64,000 nucleotides of DNA from Callorhinchus milii. Taxonomy: Eukaryota. The stretch's first letter is position 1. Each line of letters starts with the position of its first letter. The DNA is taken from positions 38,380,001 to 38,444,000 of the forward strand of contig NW_024704742.1 of NCBI RefSeq assembly GCF_018977255.1, written 5' to 3'. Shown piece after piece: positions 47,279-62,000 of this stretch. The position numbers and the translations under genes were made by a program. The notes beneath the pieces are model-generated. The model was given only the letters and a program-made list of their open reading frames with translations, made no database searches and was not told the origin of the DNA.

Positions 47279-50200
47279 TTTAATGTGTGTCTCACCTGTA
47301 GGTTGTATGTGGATCTTTGCTCCTCGCTGTCCTGTTTATCTCTTGGCTGAGGTGACCTGAGGCTTGTCTGTTGTTTTTGTGATGTCCTGTATTTCAGGTA
47401 TGAAAGGCTGATGACAGTCCTGAGTGTTGGGCAGTGTCTATTCCATGTAAAATCTTCTGCTTCTGCTTTTTTTTTTTGAAAAACCACATTGCTTCAGCAG
47501 AAAAATCAAACACCAAGAAAAAGGTAGTTTTTGTTTATCCTCCATTAAGATGCAAGTGACTGAGGTTCCACCGGCAGCTCTGAAGCCTACTTGTTAAAGC
47601 CTGTGGTGGACACTCAGAAAAGCAATAATAATAAGCCTTGTATTTGATGTAGCACCTCATCGCTTTCGAAGGACATCTCAAAGCGCTTCACAGACGTTAT
47701 CACTGTGAGATGGAGTGACTGTGTATTTGTAGGTAAACGCAGCAGCAGAGTTGCACAGAGCAATGCTCCGACAAAACAGCTGTGAAACAAATGATCAGTT
47801 TTATTTGAGGTACTTGGTGTTCCAGGACGAGGAAGGTAGGAGAAACTCCCTTCTCTTTTCGAACAGTGCCACGGGATCTTTAATATCCACCTGAACAGGC
47901 ATTTATATATATATATATATGTAAAAAATCAAAGCTCCCTTGATGGCCCTGCAGGAAAAACAATCCTGCTTGCAGTAACCGTAGAAATGTTGTAAGGTCC
48001 CAGGTTCTGTCCCTTTAGTTGATCGCAGTTGGAGTGATAAGTTTGGCCTCAACACACCTTGGGATTGGGAGGGAACAGTCAACCAGGGCTCACTGCTGAT
48101 CATCATCTTGCTGCAAATTGCACAGAGTGAGAGGGGCTGAATTGTAATCCTTCCCTCCCCCCCATTGAACGAACAGTTGATACTCGCTGTCTTGGTCCAC
48201 GCATGAAGATTTCTGCTTAGAGGGAAGGTCTGGAGGGCAAGTGGCGTTCAGGAGCGGAGAATAGGAAGAAAATAAAAAAAGTATAGTTTCATTCGTGGTG
48301 AATATGTGAAATTGACTTCATGGCTGTTTCTGTGTCATTACTATGTACAAATTCAGCTATCGTTGACCTGCAAATAGTCACTTCACTTCACAGAATTACT
48401 TGCGAAGCACTTTGAGATGTTTTGATATTATTGGCACTATATCAAATGCAAGGCTTGTTACTTTGTGCTATATTCACTTCAGTGAAGAGGAACATCCCGT
48501 CGAACATTTAGATTTTGTCCACCTGAAGCTTTTCGAGGTGTGTAGTGCTATGGTGAAGCAAGTGACTGGAGCCTCAGTGACTGGAGGTCTGTGACTGAAT
48601 GGTGGCAGTGATTTGAGGAGATGAATTAAGGGTTTCTTTTGAAGAGTATAGTCTTCTGCCATTATGAACTGATGAATTTCAGACATGTTGGGGTTTTGTG
48701 ACACCTCTTGAGGTGCATTGCTACTAATACGTCAGCTAAAATACAGTAAACCTCACAAGTCGTATCAGTTGGGACCATACATTTAATATGACTCAGGCAA
48801 AGTATAAATTATTTCAAACTTGCATAGAATATAAATTCTTGAACAGAACTTGGGCAGATGTATGATTTATACAGATCAGGCTTATGCGATCTGTATAAAT
48901 CGGTATAAATTTTGCGGTGGTTGTTGTAGCGCTTTGGGACGTCCTCTCGACGTGAAAGGCGCTCTATAACTGTAATTTTGTTGTTGTAGTGGGAACACTT
49001 GATGTTGTTTGTATTTCCGACCCTTTCATCATAGAAATGTTATATCCCATTCTGTGGCTGTGATAAGATACATGTATCGCTCCTCTGTTGATTAAAGGTT
49101 GGAAAACTATATATTCCTAACAGCAATGCTAAATATTAAACCATTTGGTAACCAGATGTGTTTCAGACCCAACTGTGGGAAACTGCGCTTCCACGCAAAC
49201 TGTAGGTCGGGGTGAACACATCCAGTTCTGTTAGGATTCAGTATTTTTGAATGCTTTGCAAACCGTGTTATAAATACTGTGTTTTCATGTATAGGAAGTG
49301 TATTCTGATGCTATTCATGCTGTGCAGTGGGAGAATTACATGAAATTGAGCCACTCGGACCCAACTAGTCTGCTGCTCATAAACCCTTACCCCTCCCCTC
49401 TCTCTATACCTGTTGATTCCCTCCTACCTCATGTACACGTGTGATAATGCCACATTTTTTGTGAGGAGGGAGAGGAAGGGGAAGATGTGTTGGTGCCACT
49501 GGGAGTGGGGGGGGGGGGGGGGGTTGGCGCGGAGAAAAAGAAATGAGTTTAGTGGGGGAAGGAATGCGACAATACAGTGGGGGAAGAGATGTACTGTTGG
49601 GGTGAGAGGTGATAGATGTGACAGTAATGTTGGGGGATGGCATGTGTTGCATGGTGGGTGCAGATGTGAGGATGTGGCAGTGGGGAGGGGGGAAAATATG
49701 ATGATATTGTGAGAATGACAGTTACGAAAAGCCACACACGGAGTGTGTTTTGCAATGGTTGTTTTGGGGGGGTTATTCACAGTTTCCACGATGGCCTTGC
49801 AAGGTGTGATGAAATCTCTTTCCTCTCTCAGGGTGTACTATTCTCTCTCTCTCTCTCATAGTGGGTAATGTATTCTCCCTCTCTCTGGGTGACATTCTCT
49901 GTCTCTTTCTGTCTCCGAGTGGGTGATATTGTCTCTTTCTGAGGGTGATATTCTCTCTGAGAAGGTGGCATTCTTGTTCTCTCTTTCTCTCTCTTTCTGT
50001 GAGTTGGGACATGTTACTCTCTCTTTCTGAGTCGGTTTTCTTCTCCGTTAACTTGACGAATGCTATGGCCTATGACAGCTTCCACACTTTTCATTTTGCC
50101 TGCAAACAAACTGTATGAAAGTTAGTGGCTGACACAAGTCTCACACTTCTGAATTGTCTCTCTTGCAGGAGCCTCACTTGCATGAGCTACTAAAGATAGG

Positions 50201-51656
50201 AGTTAAGCTAGACTTTGCCAACAGCCAGGGGTGGTGGTTCTCTTACTCATCTCTGTTGTGAGTTCTTGATTAGGAGTTGACCAACTGTGCTGACGGATTT
50301 CAGGACGGATGTGATAACTACATTCCATAAAATAGTGTAGCGATTGGAAGTGCTGAATTTTCCAAAATAATGTAAAATACTTCTTGTTGCAGTAAAATTG
50401 GGGTGACAGCAGAAGCCAAGCTTCCTGACAGTGTTTGCTACCTTGGGATAGTTTGTTGAGTTTCACTTGGTCATTCCCAACTTGTATTTCCTTCTTATCC
50501 AAATTCCCTGGAAAAATTCCAATTAATTGCCCACACATCTCGTTGTTTGTAAGTCGTTGCTGGTGCAAATTCGCTACTGTATTTGCCTTCATAACATTCA
50601 CTTAATTTCTATTAAATTTCTTCCTGTAAAGTTATTTTACGTGAGAGGCACTATGTAAATAGACATGGCTGCAGTAGAATGGGAAATGTAAAACATTAAT
50701 GATCGATTTGATAAGGTAAACATGATTACTTGGATTTCCAGATGTTATATTGCAGTAAAAACTACTTCATGATGGGTGATTGTTTCTAAGAGGGCAGTGA
50801 AGGTAAGGGGGGAAAAAGGTGAAACTTAGAAAGTACTCCTGCCCAAAATGTATCCTCGTTCTTATACAGAATAAGGAATTATACAGTATTTCTACGGGGT
50901 AAGGAACCCAGAATTGGAGGCAGAGACGCTCCAGGCTGTGTGCTCATACTAAGAAACCAATTTGAGAACAATACTGTCAGAAGTCTGGGAACTCCTTGTG
51001 GATCTCTTGTCTCCGTATTATAAAATGAGGAACTATGTAAGGAGACACTCCCTGTCCTAAGTCTGTTTTTCCTTTTGAGGCAGGACACGCCTTACTCTGC
51101 AGTGGCTGATTGCGTTTACCTGTCAGAATGTATTTATCAGACTTGTCTCCTGTCATTTGAAGAAACTGCTTGGGGTGTTTTTCTTGCTGATTGTTATTTG
51201 GCTCATTTGATGAATCAGCCCATTTTCTTTCTGAATCTAAATTCTGCCGTAAGGGTTTTTATCTCTTGCTGCTTTTATTTGGCCAATTTTCAACCTTTCT
51301 CCTTTGCTTTCCACATGTAATTTGTTGTTGTTGAAAAGTCTAACTCTTGCTTGGGTGAAATTTTACAGTACCTTGTGGTACTTGTGCAAGTGCCCATATC
51401 TCTTGCCCAAGTCAAGATTGTGAGCAGATCGAGAAGGCACATGGCTGAGCCTGGTGCTTGTACATTTTGCAGCAGTCACTGAAAAGAGATCGAGAGACCT
51501 ACAATTGCTTCCTTGACTTGGGGCACTAGTGCAATTGCAGCCTTCTGATTTTGGCTTTTCATGCATTGTTGGAGTTGCCATTCCTAAGATGACCACTTTA
51601 AAGCAAGATTCGGCTGTCTTTTCAGTTGGATGTTAAAGATCCCGTGCCACTATTCA

Positions 51657-52060
51657 AAACAACAACAACAACAACAAGATTGCATTTATAGAGCGCCCTT
51701 CACGTCAGGAGGACGTCCCAAGGCGCTGGATAGTTGGTTCGGGACCTGAGCAGGGGGGAAATGGTCAGGGTGAGGGGAGGGAAGGGAGGGAGCGAGGAGG
51801 GGAGGGAAGGGAGCGGGGAGGGGAGGGAAGGGAGGGAGCGAGGAGGGGGGAAATGGTCAGGGTGAGGGGAGGGAAGGGAGGGAGCGAGGAGGGGGATGGT
51901 CAGGGGAGGGGAGGGAAGGGAGGGAGCGAGGAGGGAAGGGAGCGGGGAGGGAAGGGAGGGAGCGAGGAGGGGACGGAAGGGGGAGGGGAGGGAAGGGAGG
52001 GAGCGAGGAGGGGGTAGAGAGTCGAGAGGGGAGCTGAAGGCACGGTTGAAGAGAAAGAGA
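51657..52060 (-). repeat. L2 3' end with expanded purine-rich tandem repeat (GGGAGGGAAGGGAGGGAGCGAGGA)
   Basis: (CAA)n tail, then L2 terminus and tandem duplications. Confidence 0.75.
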
Positions 52061-55000
52061 AGGGTTGGTCTCCCTGTGTTATGGCCAACAATCCCCCCCT
52101 AACAGAATTGGTCGTTCATTTCATGGTTGTTTGTAGGACATTGCTGTGCACAAATTGTGGTAAAACCGATCTGGCGCTTTTGAAAATGTTTTGGTTCTCG
52201 CTAAACTTAAATTCAAACTGAGGCCGTCCATTTGCTACTGTAAGATTATTTTAGTATTTGTGCTGTGTGTATATTGTATTGCTGATAGCAGTGACGTTGT
52301 CTCTGGAGGCGCTGGCTGGCACAAACGGATGGGTCCACAACCCTTTCACTGGGTGAGCCAGCCACCGTGGTTTGTGGTTACCAACAAGCTAGCCCGTCAG
52401 GGACACTCTGTGGTCCAGCGCTCGCTGCAAATTCACGTGTGCGTAGTTTTTTTTTCAATGCATTGGTGCCAGTGGCTTGGATATTTATAATAATCCTTCC
52501 ATTTGATGTGTAGCGCTCTATCGTGTCTTCGAGACATCTCAAAGCGCTTCACAAAATATTCGGTAAAGTAAAACAACTGTACATTTTGTAGGCGAACGCA
52601 GCAGCCGATTGCACACAACAGTGTCGCACAAACAGTCGTGACAAATAATTTTTATTTATTTGATACAAGGCCTATAACGATTCAACATCTCAATGTGCTT
52701 TACGGGTAATTGGCTGTTACAAGCATGTATAATATAGACTATTTATAAAACAAACAGGAGCGGTGGCCTGTAGTGTAAACCCAGCGTTGGTGTTGATTAG
52801 AGCGGCTGGTTTTGTACTCCTTGCCTTCTCTGTGGGGAGAAGGAGCAGTTTCTCTATGTAACACATGACAACTAAGCCTGATCCTGCGCACGTATGTACT
52901 TTTCAACAGGTCCACTGGATTGTGATTGAGAATAGGCTGATTTAACCTCCTTTATAATAATAATAATCTTATATTTGATGTAGCACCTTTCCATTCGAGA
53001 AGATGAACCAAAGCATTTTTAGGATATACTGTAAAGTGGAGTAATTATATGTTTTGTGGGCAAATGTGTCCTCCTGATATGAAAGGCGTTAGTGTCCAAT
53101 GATCTGAGCGATCCCTGCACGAAGAGGGATTGGAATCCACGATAGTCTCATTATTTCCAGCTCAGTACTGCACTGGGCATTGATAAACATTCCTGATTCA
53201 TGCTTTGATAACTTGATTTGCAGTAATCGGCACACTAAAACCTGGAGCTTTCTCAGATGACTGAGCAGTGGCTGAGAAGAGTAATTCTGCTTTCTGCTCA
53301 TCACCGACTAAAACATTCCTACTTCAACTGCCAAATTTTGCCGAGTTACAGCGAGACGTTTGAGAATTGTAATGGATTCTTTGTGAGATGATTCTGTGTA
53401 CCTTTTTTTAAAAAAAATGGTGTGTTACATATATGGCTTCCTAGGAATTGTATTATAAAAGCTTGCAAACTGGCTCCTGCTTATTTGGGTTCTTCTATAA
53501 ATCTGATGTTAGCATAAGTTTGGTTTTTCGAATGGTTTGTTGTGTGTTATCAGGAACCAGGAGCTGCAAAATGTCGAGAATACCTGTGTAACCATGTACA
53601 CATAATCAGCACGATCAGGCTGTTTGGTTGAGTAGCCAGAAGAGGAAACTAAACAGTCACTTAATTTCACAGTAAATCCTGTGAAGCGCTTTGAGACATC
53701 CTTCTGACGTGATAGGGCGCTATGCCAAATGTCAGGATGATTGTTATGTGTATATTTTACTGTATTAATAATCCTTGGATTTGATTCCTTGCTTTTCTGT
53801 CAACTTGATTCTTTCATACATCAACTTTAACATTTTCCTGCTAATTATAAAATCATAACATTTTGTAATTCAAATAATCTGAAGTATACTCATTTTCACA
53901 TCTGGAAATAAATCTCTTATTTATACCGGTTCTATTTTCCTCCTTTTTCTCCCCAAGTCCGCACTCTGTATGGGCAACATTGAAGTACAAATGCAAGTGA
54001 TTTTCTGCTTGAAAGATGATTGCAGAAACCTTCATGGAAGGATCCAAGATACTTAATAGGAAGAGAAAACAGACATAGAACAATACTTTCAGACAGCTTG
54101 AGTCAGTAGAGAAAGCACAGATCCAATTATGTGAAGAAGAGTTTTAGGGCAGATAAGAGGGCAGCACTGTATATTGTTACTCAGAGAAATATTGGGCTAT
54201 CAGCAGGGGTGGTTGAGGCCAGGACACTCCACTCTTGGGAAATTGCTTAATGCTGCTATAAGAGGAAATATAGTTGATATTCTGGAAGGATAAGCTCAAA
54301 AGGGCCTTTTTCATTGGACCCTCTCTTGTGATCTTATGGCCACCTTGTGGCCTTTTTCATGATTTTGTACAGAATGGAAAAATATCAAAATATGATGTAT
54401 CGATGTGTTCATGACTGCATTATACTATGTGTGAAATAACTCATAGCTACATTTCTGAGGACAAAAACAGTACAATATAGGGCAGTGGAATAATAGGACA
54501 TTATTGCATGAATAGGACATCAGGATGGAGAAAGTTAACAAAATGTCTGTTGATACACTCGAATCTATGGCAAGTGTAAAATTGATCTTTTAACATGTTA
54601 CAAAGATAATATAGCACAGATCAAACATTAAACTATCAGACAGAGCAAATTTTTTGAAGGGGAAGAAACTTAAATTGAAACCTGAAGATGTTCACAATCG
54701 CTTACCTCTCACTGCAGGATCCTGACTTAACAATTTGGTCTGGTGAGTATTATGATTCAGCTTTCATATAATTGCTATGTTCTATTTTGTTTCAATAATC
54801 AGCATCTCAGCTGCTGTATAATGTGCATTTGCAATGATATGGATGCAAGTCCTTTAAAGTATTGTAATTGTTACTCTATATTATATTCATAACTTAAACA
54901 ATCCTGAGATCTGAATTCTGTTGACGCCTTATTGTGCTAGTGTCTCCTGTTTGTGCATAAACAACTGTGAATTCAGCAAAATCTTTTGCAATTCTTCACA

Positions 55001-55839
55001 GATAGTTCTGCCACACCCTCAAGAGTCGGCATAAGACAGACAGCAGCAGCTTCCCGGAAGAGGTATCATCCCCGGGAACAAGCTAGAATTAGTGAAGAGC
55101 CGAGACCAACAGCAAAACACATGAGGGGAGGGGGGGGAAATGGACCCTTGGTTGTTCTGCTGGGCAGTGGCCGAGCTGGCTTTTGCATGGAAGAACTCTT
55201 AGTTGCCTCTGATTCGAGGAAGATAATCAGTGAGAGAGCTCAGGGCTGTAAAGTTCACCGTACGTCATGAAGGAGAGAGAAACAAGCCTGATATGCCGGA
55301 GGCTTCTTGGGAGGTTGAAAGTTGTGCAAAGTGTTTCATTCATACAGCATTGAGGGTTGTGATTTTAAGATTGGTGTGGTTGGGTTTTTGAACGCCATAC
55401 CTGATGGAAACCACAAGTGGCTATTAATGTTAAGAGCACAACAACATTTGAAAGAGAATTCTAATTAAATAATTATCCTTGCATTTGATATAGCGCCTTA
55501 TCACATCATCAAGATGTCTCAAGGTGCCTCAAAAATGTTCCTGCAAAGTGTAGTGCTAATTGTAGCAAACTAAATAAGTATTTGTAGAGAAACCATATAA
55601 AAGGGCACAGAGAAAAGAGCAGGGAATTAGGTCAGGGAGATGCAATGTTCAGTGGAGCAAATGTCTCCTGTGTTGTAATCTCTATGGACTTTATTCAGGC
55701 TGAAAAATTATGCAATGTCTGATAGATTGAAACGCCCTACAGTAAAATAATTTAATTTGTGCTTGTCACTTTGTGGAAAATATTTGACCCTAAAGCTGTT
55801 TTTCTGTTTGTTTTAATGGTGTAACTCAAACTCCCCACC

Positions 55840-56168
55840 CTGCCACTGCGACCTCCTAACTCCCTAACAACCGCCCACTCTCTCCACTCAGCCGGCTCTG
55901 GTCTGCTTCACGTCCCCCGACCCACCCGCCCCACCATTGGCGGGAGAGCCTTCATCCGCTCTGCCCCCAACCTCTGGAACTCCATCTCCGCCTCACCCCC
56001 TCCTCACCCTCCTTCATGTCCCGCCTCAAAACCCTCCTCTTCAACCATGTCATTGGTCACCCCCCGCCCTGACCCCAGCTCGGGTCTGAAATACTGTACA
56101 CTGTCCAGCGCCTTGGGACGTCCTCCCGACGTGAAAGGCACTATACAAATGTAATCTTGTTGTTGTTA
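55840..56168 (+). mobile_element. L2 3' fragment
   Basis: Nearly identical to 2360-2715. Confidence 0.85.
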
Positions 56169-58950
56169 TAAAACTTGCTTTCAAAATAAAGGCTACAATG
56201 GTTTGTTGCACATGCTCCTAATGTTTGTTTTCTTCAATAATATGCAGATTTCACTGAACTATTTGTACAAACGTCTCACAAAGATGTCCTTGCTGCTCTA
56301 GGATGTAGCTTTTCTTGCCCATCCTTGATTTGACCTTATTGCTTGATTACATAGAATAAGATGGTAATTAGTCTTTTTTGTATTTAAATGTAGTGTTATG
56401 TTTTTCTAATGTTCTCAGCATTGGCATGTGCCGCTGCTCCTGGTATCCAGGCTCCTCTGACTGGGTGGGTGGGCTCAGTTGGGCTGGTTGCCTTTGATAT
56501 CCTGCCAAAGTCACCATTGTTCATGTACGAGCCTTGAGATTGTCGAAGCTCCTTGACTCTCCTCCTCCAGCTGCACTGTTAGTAGAGGATGCTGAAGAGG
56601 AACCAGGAACAGGAAACCTGGCAGATTTTAACCCCCCTCATCCAAGAGAGCCATGGCCAATTTATCCTCCTCATACAGCTATGGCTGAGACCAGCAAACC
56701 GACCGCAGTCCAGAATTCAAATCAGCGTCTATAAGATGCAGCTCTAACCACTCCACTATGGGGGCCCCCGCCTGTCTATTTTAGTATAATTTATTTGAAA
56801 CCCTAACTTACTATAAAAGCTGCCTTAACCATACAACTGGTGGTGTTCCCATTCAACTTCAATAGCTGTGCATAATTATTTCTATTTCTGGATATATCTG
56901 GGAGATTGTTTCTCTATTGGGTGAGTAGGTGGCACCGGGCTGATTCTTTTTACGTTCCAGTTCTACCTGGCCCGCCATCTCCTTTGTCTCTTCTGTTTCT
57001 CCTCCACCCTCACACAGTCGCCTGTGGAGTGCCTGGGGCTCTAGCCTCGGTCCCCCTCCTTTTCCTTGTCGACCACAGGTATGCGGATGAAACCGAAATT
57101 TAGTTTTTCACTTCCACTCTTGATTCCAGGTACACTGCCCGCTTGCCTATCAGACATCAAGGTCTGGATGAGCTGCAGCTTTTTGCAACTCAATATGCAT
57201 AAGGAAAGCTATCCACCTTGGCTCTCCTCACTTTTGGCTCTGATCTCCTCAACCTCGTACCAGTGCACAACCTTAACATCTGCTTTGAACCTCAGCTCTC
57301 CTTTCTCCCTCACCTCTGATCCCTGATCAAGACTACTTTTCTTCATCTCCACCACCACATCGCCCGCCTCTGCCTGTACCTCTCACCAAAAGCTGACAAA
57401 ACCCTTATCCTCACCTTTGTAACATCCTGCCTGGACTTTACAAATGTAGTCTTACTGGTCTCCCTCGCTGCACCATCTATACGCTCAAACTTCTTAAACT
57501 CTACCGCCATATCCTTAGCCATACCAGACTCCGAATGCCCGTTACGCAGGCCTCGCTAGGCTCCACTGCCTCCCTGTCTCTTCGCCTTATCATTCATCCC
57601 CTCTCCTATAAACTTTACAGCCTAGCACTTCATTATCTCTCTGACCTTCTATCTCACTCCTTTACTTGCCCTCTTCACATGGCTATCTTGGGCTTACTGC
57701 ACATCCCCTGTGCCCTCCACACTATTATTGGTAGCTGAACCTTCAGATTTGACACCTCTTATCTTCTAGAATTCCCTCCCTTTTTCCACCTCTCCACCTG
57801 TCTTTATAAGTCACACGTTAAAGTCTACCTCTTCGACTGTGCCTGTGCCCCTCCCCACTACCCACCGGGTAGTCATCTGACTCCATCTTTGTAAAGCACA
57901 CAACAAGTCATTCTATGTGAAGGGCACTATAATATGCAAGTTGTTGCAATTAAATCCCTAAATAAACCTGTGAATAATTTATTTGAATTATCCTACATTA
58001 TACTTTTAAATGCTTCACTTTGTCGTGCCCAATATTAGTCATCCCTTTAACCATATGTCTCTTTAATCTCCATCACCTTACTGCAAGGCTGAATTGTTCA
58101 CAGAGCAAGTTTTAAAATATTTACAAAACAGGAGCCATGTACAGAATCTGGAAAACAACTCTAGAAATATTGGGAGGGGGAAGTGAAGGAAGGGTGGGCC
58201 TGTGTTGGAGATGTCATCTTTATTCAGAAGCATATCTTCATTTGAGCCACTCAGCAAATTCTGTTCTGAACTTTCTCCATCGATGTTCTGAGTTCCATTT
58301 TCTACGCCTGTTTTTAACCTGACCCATCTCCATCCTTTGATTTGCCCCCTTCTTGTATTTCCTTAATATTTCTACTGTTGATTTTCTCTTGAAGTCTCTG
58401 AACAAATGGCTCTATAAATATTAAAAAAATAAATTTTGGGATCTGTGTAAGAGGTTTTGTTTCTTTATCTGATTTGAAAGTGGCTAAAGGGAACCTTGGA
58501 GACCACAGATTATGTTTACACTGCTGTTTTCCTGTGGTTTATTTATGCGTTTGAGGGTTTCCCAAGCTGATAAACCGTAAGGAGGGACCAGATTGACTGC
58601 TCTGAATTTACTGAGCAGAAGGTAAAATGGTAACTAAGAAAACTCAGAACCAGGACATTTTAAGGTCTTATCCTAAAGTATCACAAGTAAAGATTTTGAA
58701 TTTATTTTACTGCAAGACTCGTGCTCTGTACTTGTAATGAACAACTGTAGTTGTATGTCTGTTGCAGTTACCTTGTGACTGAAAAGATTCATTTGGAAGA
58801 TATTAGTTCTATGCATTTTGTGCTGCTAGATGCATGTTACTATTTATGGTCACAGCTGGGGTTTGCTGTTCTCATCCTCTTCATGCTGGTTAGCAGTAAT
58901 ATTGTGTACTTTTTAAAAATATCTCTCGTTCTATTCCCAGCCCAGCTAAG

Positions 58951-59029
58951 ATGAAGCTTAAAGAAATCAATCGGACCGCTATCCAGGCCTGGAGCCCTGC
59001 CAAGCAGCACCCAATTTACCTGGCGGCAG
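58951..59029 (+). CDS. SEC31A: SEC31A first coding exon
   Basis: ATG directly after the acceptor region; donor G|gtaaga. Confidence 0.93.
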
Positions 59030-62000
59030 GTAAGAGATCTCTAGCTTGTATTCAATAATAATCTAGAAAAATCGATCCCTTTTGAGAAGTCTCACATTGT
59101 GCAATATGTAAAAAAGGTTTACGTAACCCTTCCCCTCTCTTGCCCCACCCCCCCCCCTTCGACAATATAGTTTCACAAGAATGGGTTGGCCTGGACAGTA
59201 ATGTGGGCATTCACACACTCATATATCTTGGACTAAAGAAGTGGGAAAAAGTGGGAAAATAATCAACCAGACTTTCTACTCCTAATCAATATCTGGTCAT
59301 CTGCTGGACAATGCATTCTGTGTGGATGTCAGAGGTCCAACATTTCTCGTGGTCTTGGCCTGAAAACTGTTGCCCTAAAGTTTAAGATGGTGCCGAATTT
59401 AGGAAATTCTTTCAATTTAGTCTAAATTTGGTAACTGCTTTCACACAGTTCTTGAAAAGAATCTAAGAGTTTTAGAAATATTTGGGAATACCTTTCAGAA
59501 TGCTGGAACTTCTCTCCTCCTCCATTAGACAAGTATTATAATTTTGCTCTGTTTTTCCCAGTGTTGTAATCAGCTGATGCTTGTACCCCCTGTAAGTCTT
59601 AAAGCAAAACAGAACTGCGACAGTGCTCATGAGGAATTTTTTTTACACAGAGAGTGGGTACAATCTGGAATGCACTGCCTGAAATGGTGGTGAAAGCAGA
59701 TTGAATAATAACTTTCAAAATGGAATTGGATATGTCCTTGAAAGTGCCTCATTTCCCATACAAAACACAGAGTCACAGCACATCCTGCAATGTACAGTGA
59801 CTGTGTGTTTTGTGGGGGAAATGAGGTGAAACACCTATTCATGAAAATTTCCCTGTATATAGACTGTACACCCTATCGTTGGAGGAACATACCCTTGTTA
59901 CCTAATTCTGGAAACTATGAGGTGCAGGTTATCTACACCAACGATCTAGATGAGGACATCGAACTTAATATATCCAAATTCACTAAACTAGAAGGGAGAG
60001 TAAATACCGAGAATGACATTAAAAAAAATACAACGAGATATAGGCTAGGTGAGTGGGCAAATAGGTGGCAGATGAAGTATAATGTAGGGAAGTGTGAGGT
60101 CATCCACCGAGGAGGCAAAAACAGTACAGCAGATTATTTTTTAGAACGGGAGAAACTAGATAGTGTTAGCATTCAGAGGGACTTGGGTGTCCTTGTACAC
60201 CAGTCACAAAAAGTTAGTTTGCAGGTACAGCAAGTAATTAGGAAGGCTAACGGTATATTGGCATTTGTTACAAAAGGGTTAGAATATAAGAGTAGGGAAG
60301 TCTTGCTGCAACTGTATAGGGCCCCGTGAGACCGCACCTAGAGTATTGTGTGCAGTTTCGGTCTTCTTATTTAAGAAAGGATGTACTCGCCTTGGAGAGG
60401 GTACAATGTAGATTCACTAGGTTGGTACCTGGGATGAGGGGGATGAGTTATGAGGATAGGTTGAGCAATTTAGGCCTATATTCTTTAGAATATAGAAGAC
60501 TGAGAGGTGATCTTATAGAAACCTATAAGATTATTAAGGGGCACGACAGAATAGATAGTGGGAGACTTTTCCCCTGGTTGGAGAAACTATAACCAGGGGT
60601 CACAGTCTTAAAATTAGGGGTAAGCCCTTTCGCACTGAGATGAGGAAAAACTTCTTCACTCAGAGGGTAGTGAATTTATGGAATTCTCTACCCCAAAGGG
60701 ATGTAGATGCTCAGTCCTTGAACATATTCAAGACTGAGATTGATAAATTTCTTGTAGATAAAGAGATTAAGGGATATGGGGATAAGGCGGGTAGGTGGAG
60801 TTAGAATAGATCAGCCATGATCTTATTGAATGGCGGGGCAGGCTCGAGGGGCCGAATGGCCTATTCCTGCTCCTTATTCTTATGTTCTTATGTTCTTGAC
60901 AAGAGCCAGGTTTGGGGATCCCAGAGTGTGTGTTGGGGTACTGCTGGAGTTTAATCACCCAAACCTGCATAGCTTGCCAATGAAAGTACTGTTTGGCTTA
61001 CTCTCATAATTCAGACTTTCTCTGATATTACAAGAGTAACTAACTATTACTATCTAATGTCTGAGAGTTCTATAACCATCTTTGTCTTATCTCTGCAAAA
61101 ATAGCTATAAACTCTGATAGTTGATTGCTGCCTTACAGTCTCTCGGACGTCTCTGCTTCTCTTTGACGCACTTATTTTGTGTTGGGCCTTTATTCATTGT
61201 GGGTTCATTGTGCTAACAGCTGGTGAAGCATGGTGTTGCTCAACGTGACAAATTTTGAGTGAGATGCTACTAAGACAGGTGTACCTCAAAATCATTTACA
61301 GGGAAATTTTGTAGTCAGTGGGCAATATTTGTTCAGCAAATACCAGTTTGGTCAATATCCAACTAGCAGTAGCTAATCATTACCTCAGTAGCGTGGTGAC
61401 AATGAATGTTTGGTGTTCAGAGGATCGCTGTGAAACGGTTTGCAGCTTTAAAGTGTCTGTTTAATAGACTCACAGCTCTACTCCCCAGAAGTTCCGGCTG
61501 ATCTAGAATTGTCACCTAGTCAGCAGTATCACTTAATAGTGTTCTTGCCTTCGAGTCAGAAGGTTGTGGGTTCAAGCCCCATATCAGGACTTTGAACTGA
61601 TGTAATCTGGGTTGACACTCTGATGCAGTGCTGGGGGTGTGTTGCATTGTTCTAGATGCCGTCATTTGGATGAGATGTTAATTCGAGGTCTACTCAGTTG
61701 AAAGATAAAGATCCCATGGCACTATGTGAAAAGAGAATGAAGTTTCTCTCAGTGTTCTGGCTAACAATTCTGCAGATTAAAAAAGTTAGTCATTCACTTT
61801 ATGACTGCCTGCGTAAATTTATGTATATTGTTCACCTACAGATGCACAATAATTACACTTTTCACTGAAATCATGTGAAAATCAACATAAAATGTGAAAA
61901 TGCATGGATTATAATTATGCAGTTCAATTTCTCTCCCTCACAGGCTATGAACACCCATTACTCCATCCTCACCAGCCACTATTGACTCTCATTAATTCAG

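Noticed and set aside
46240..47487. 415-aa and other long ORFs (PGQHS/AQPRP/WAGL repeats)
   Set aside because: Artefacts of the stop-free pentamer repeat and the GC-rich island
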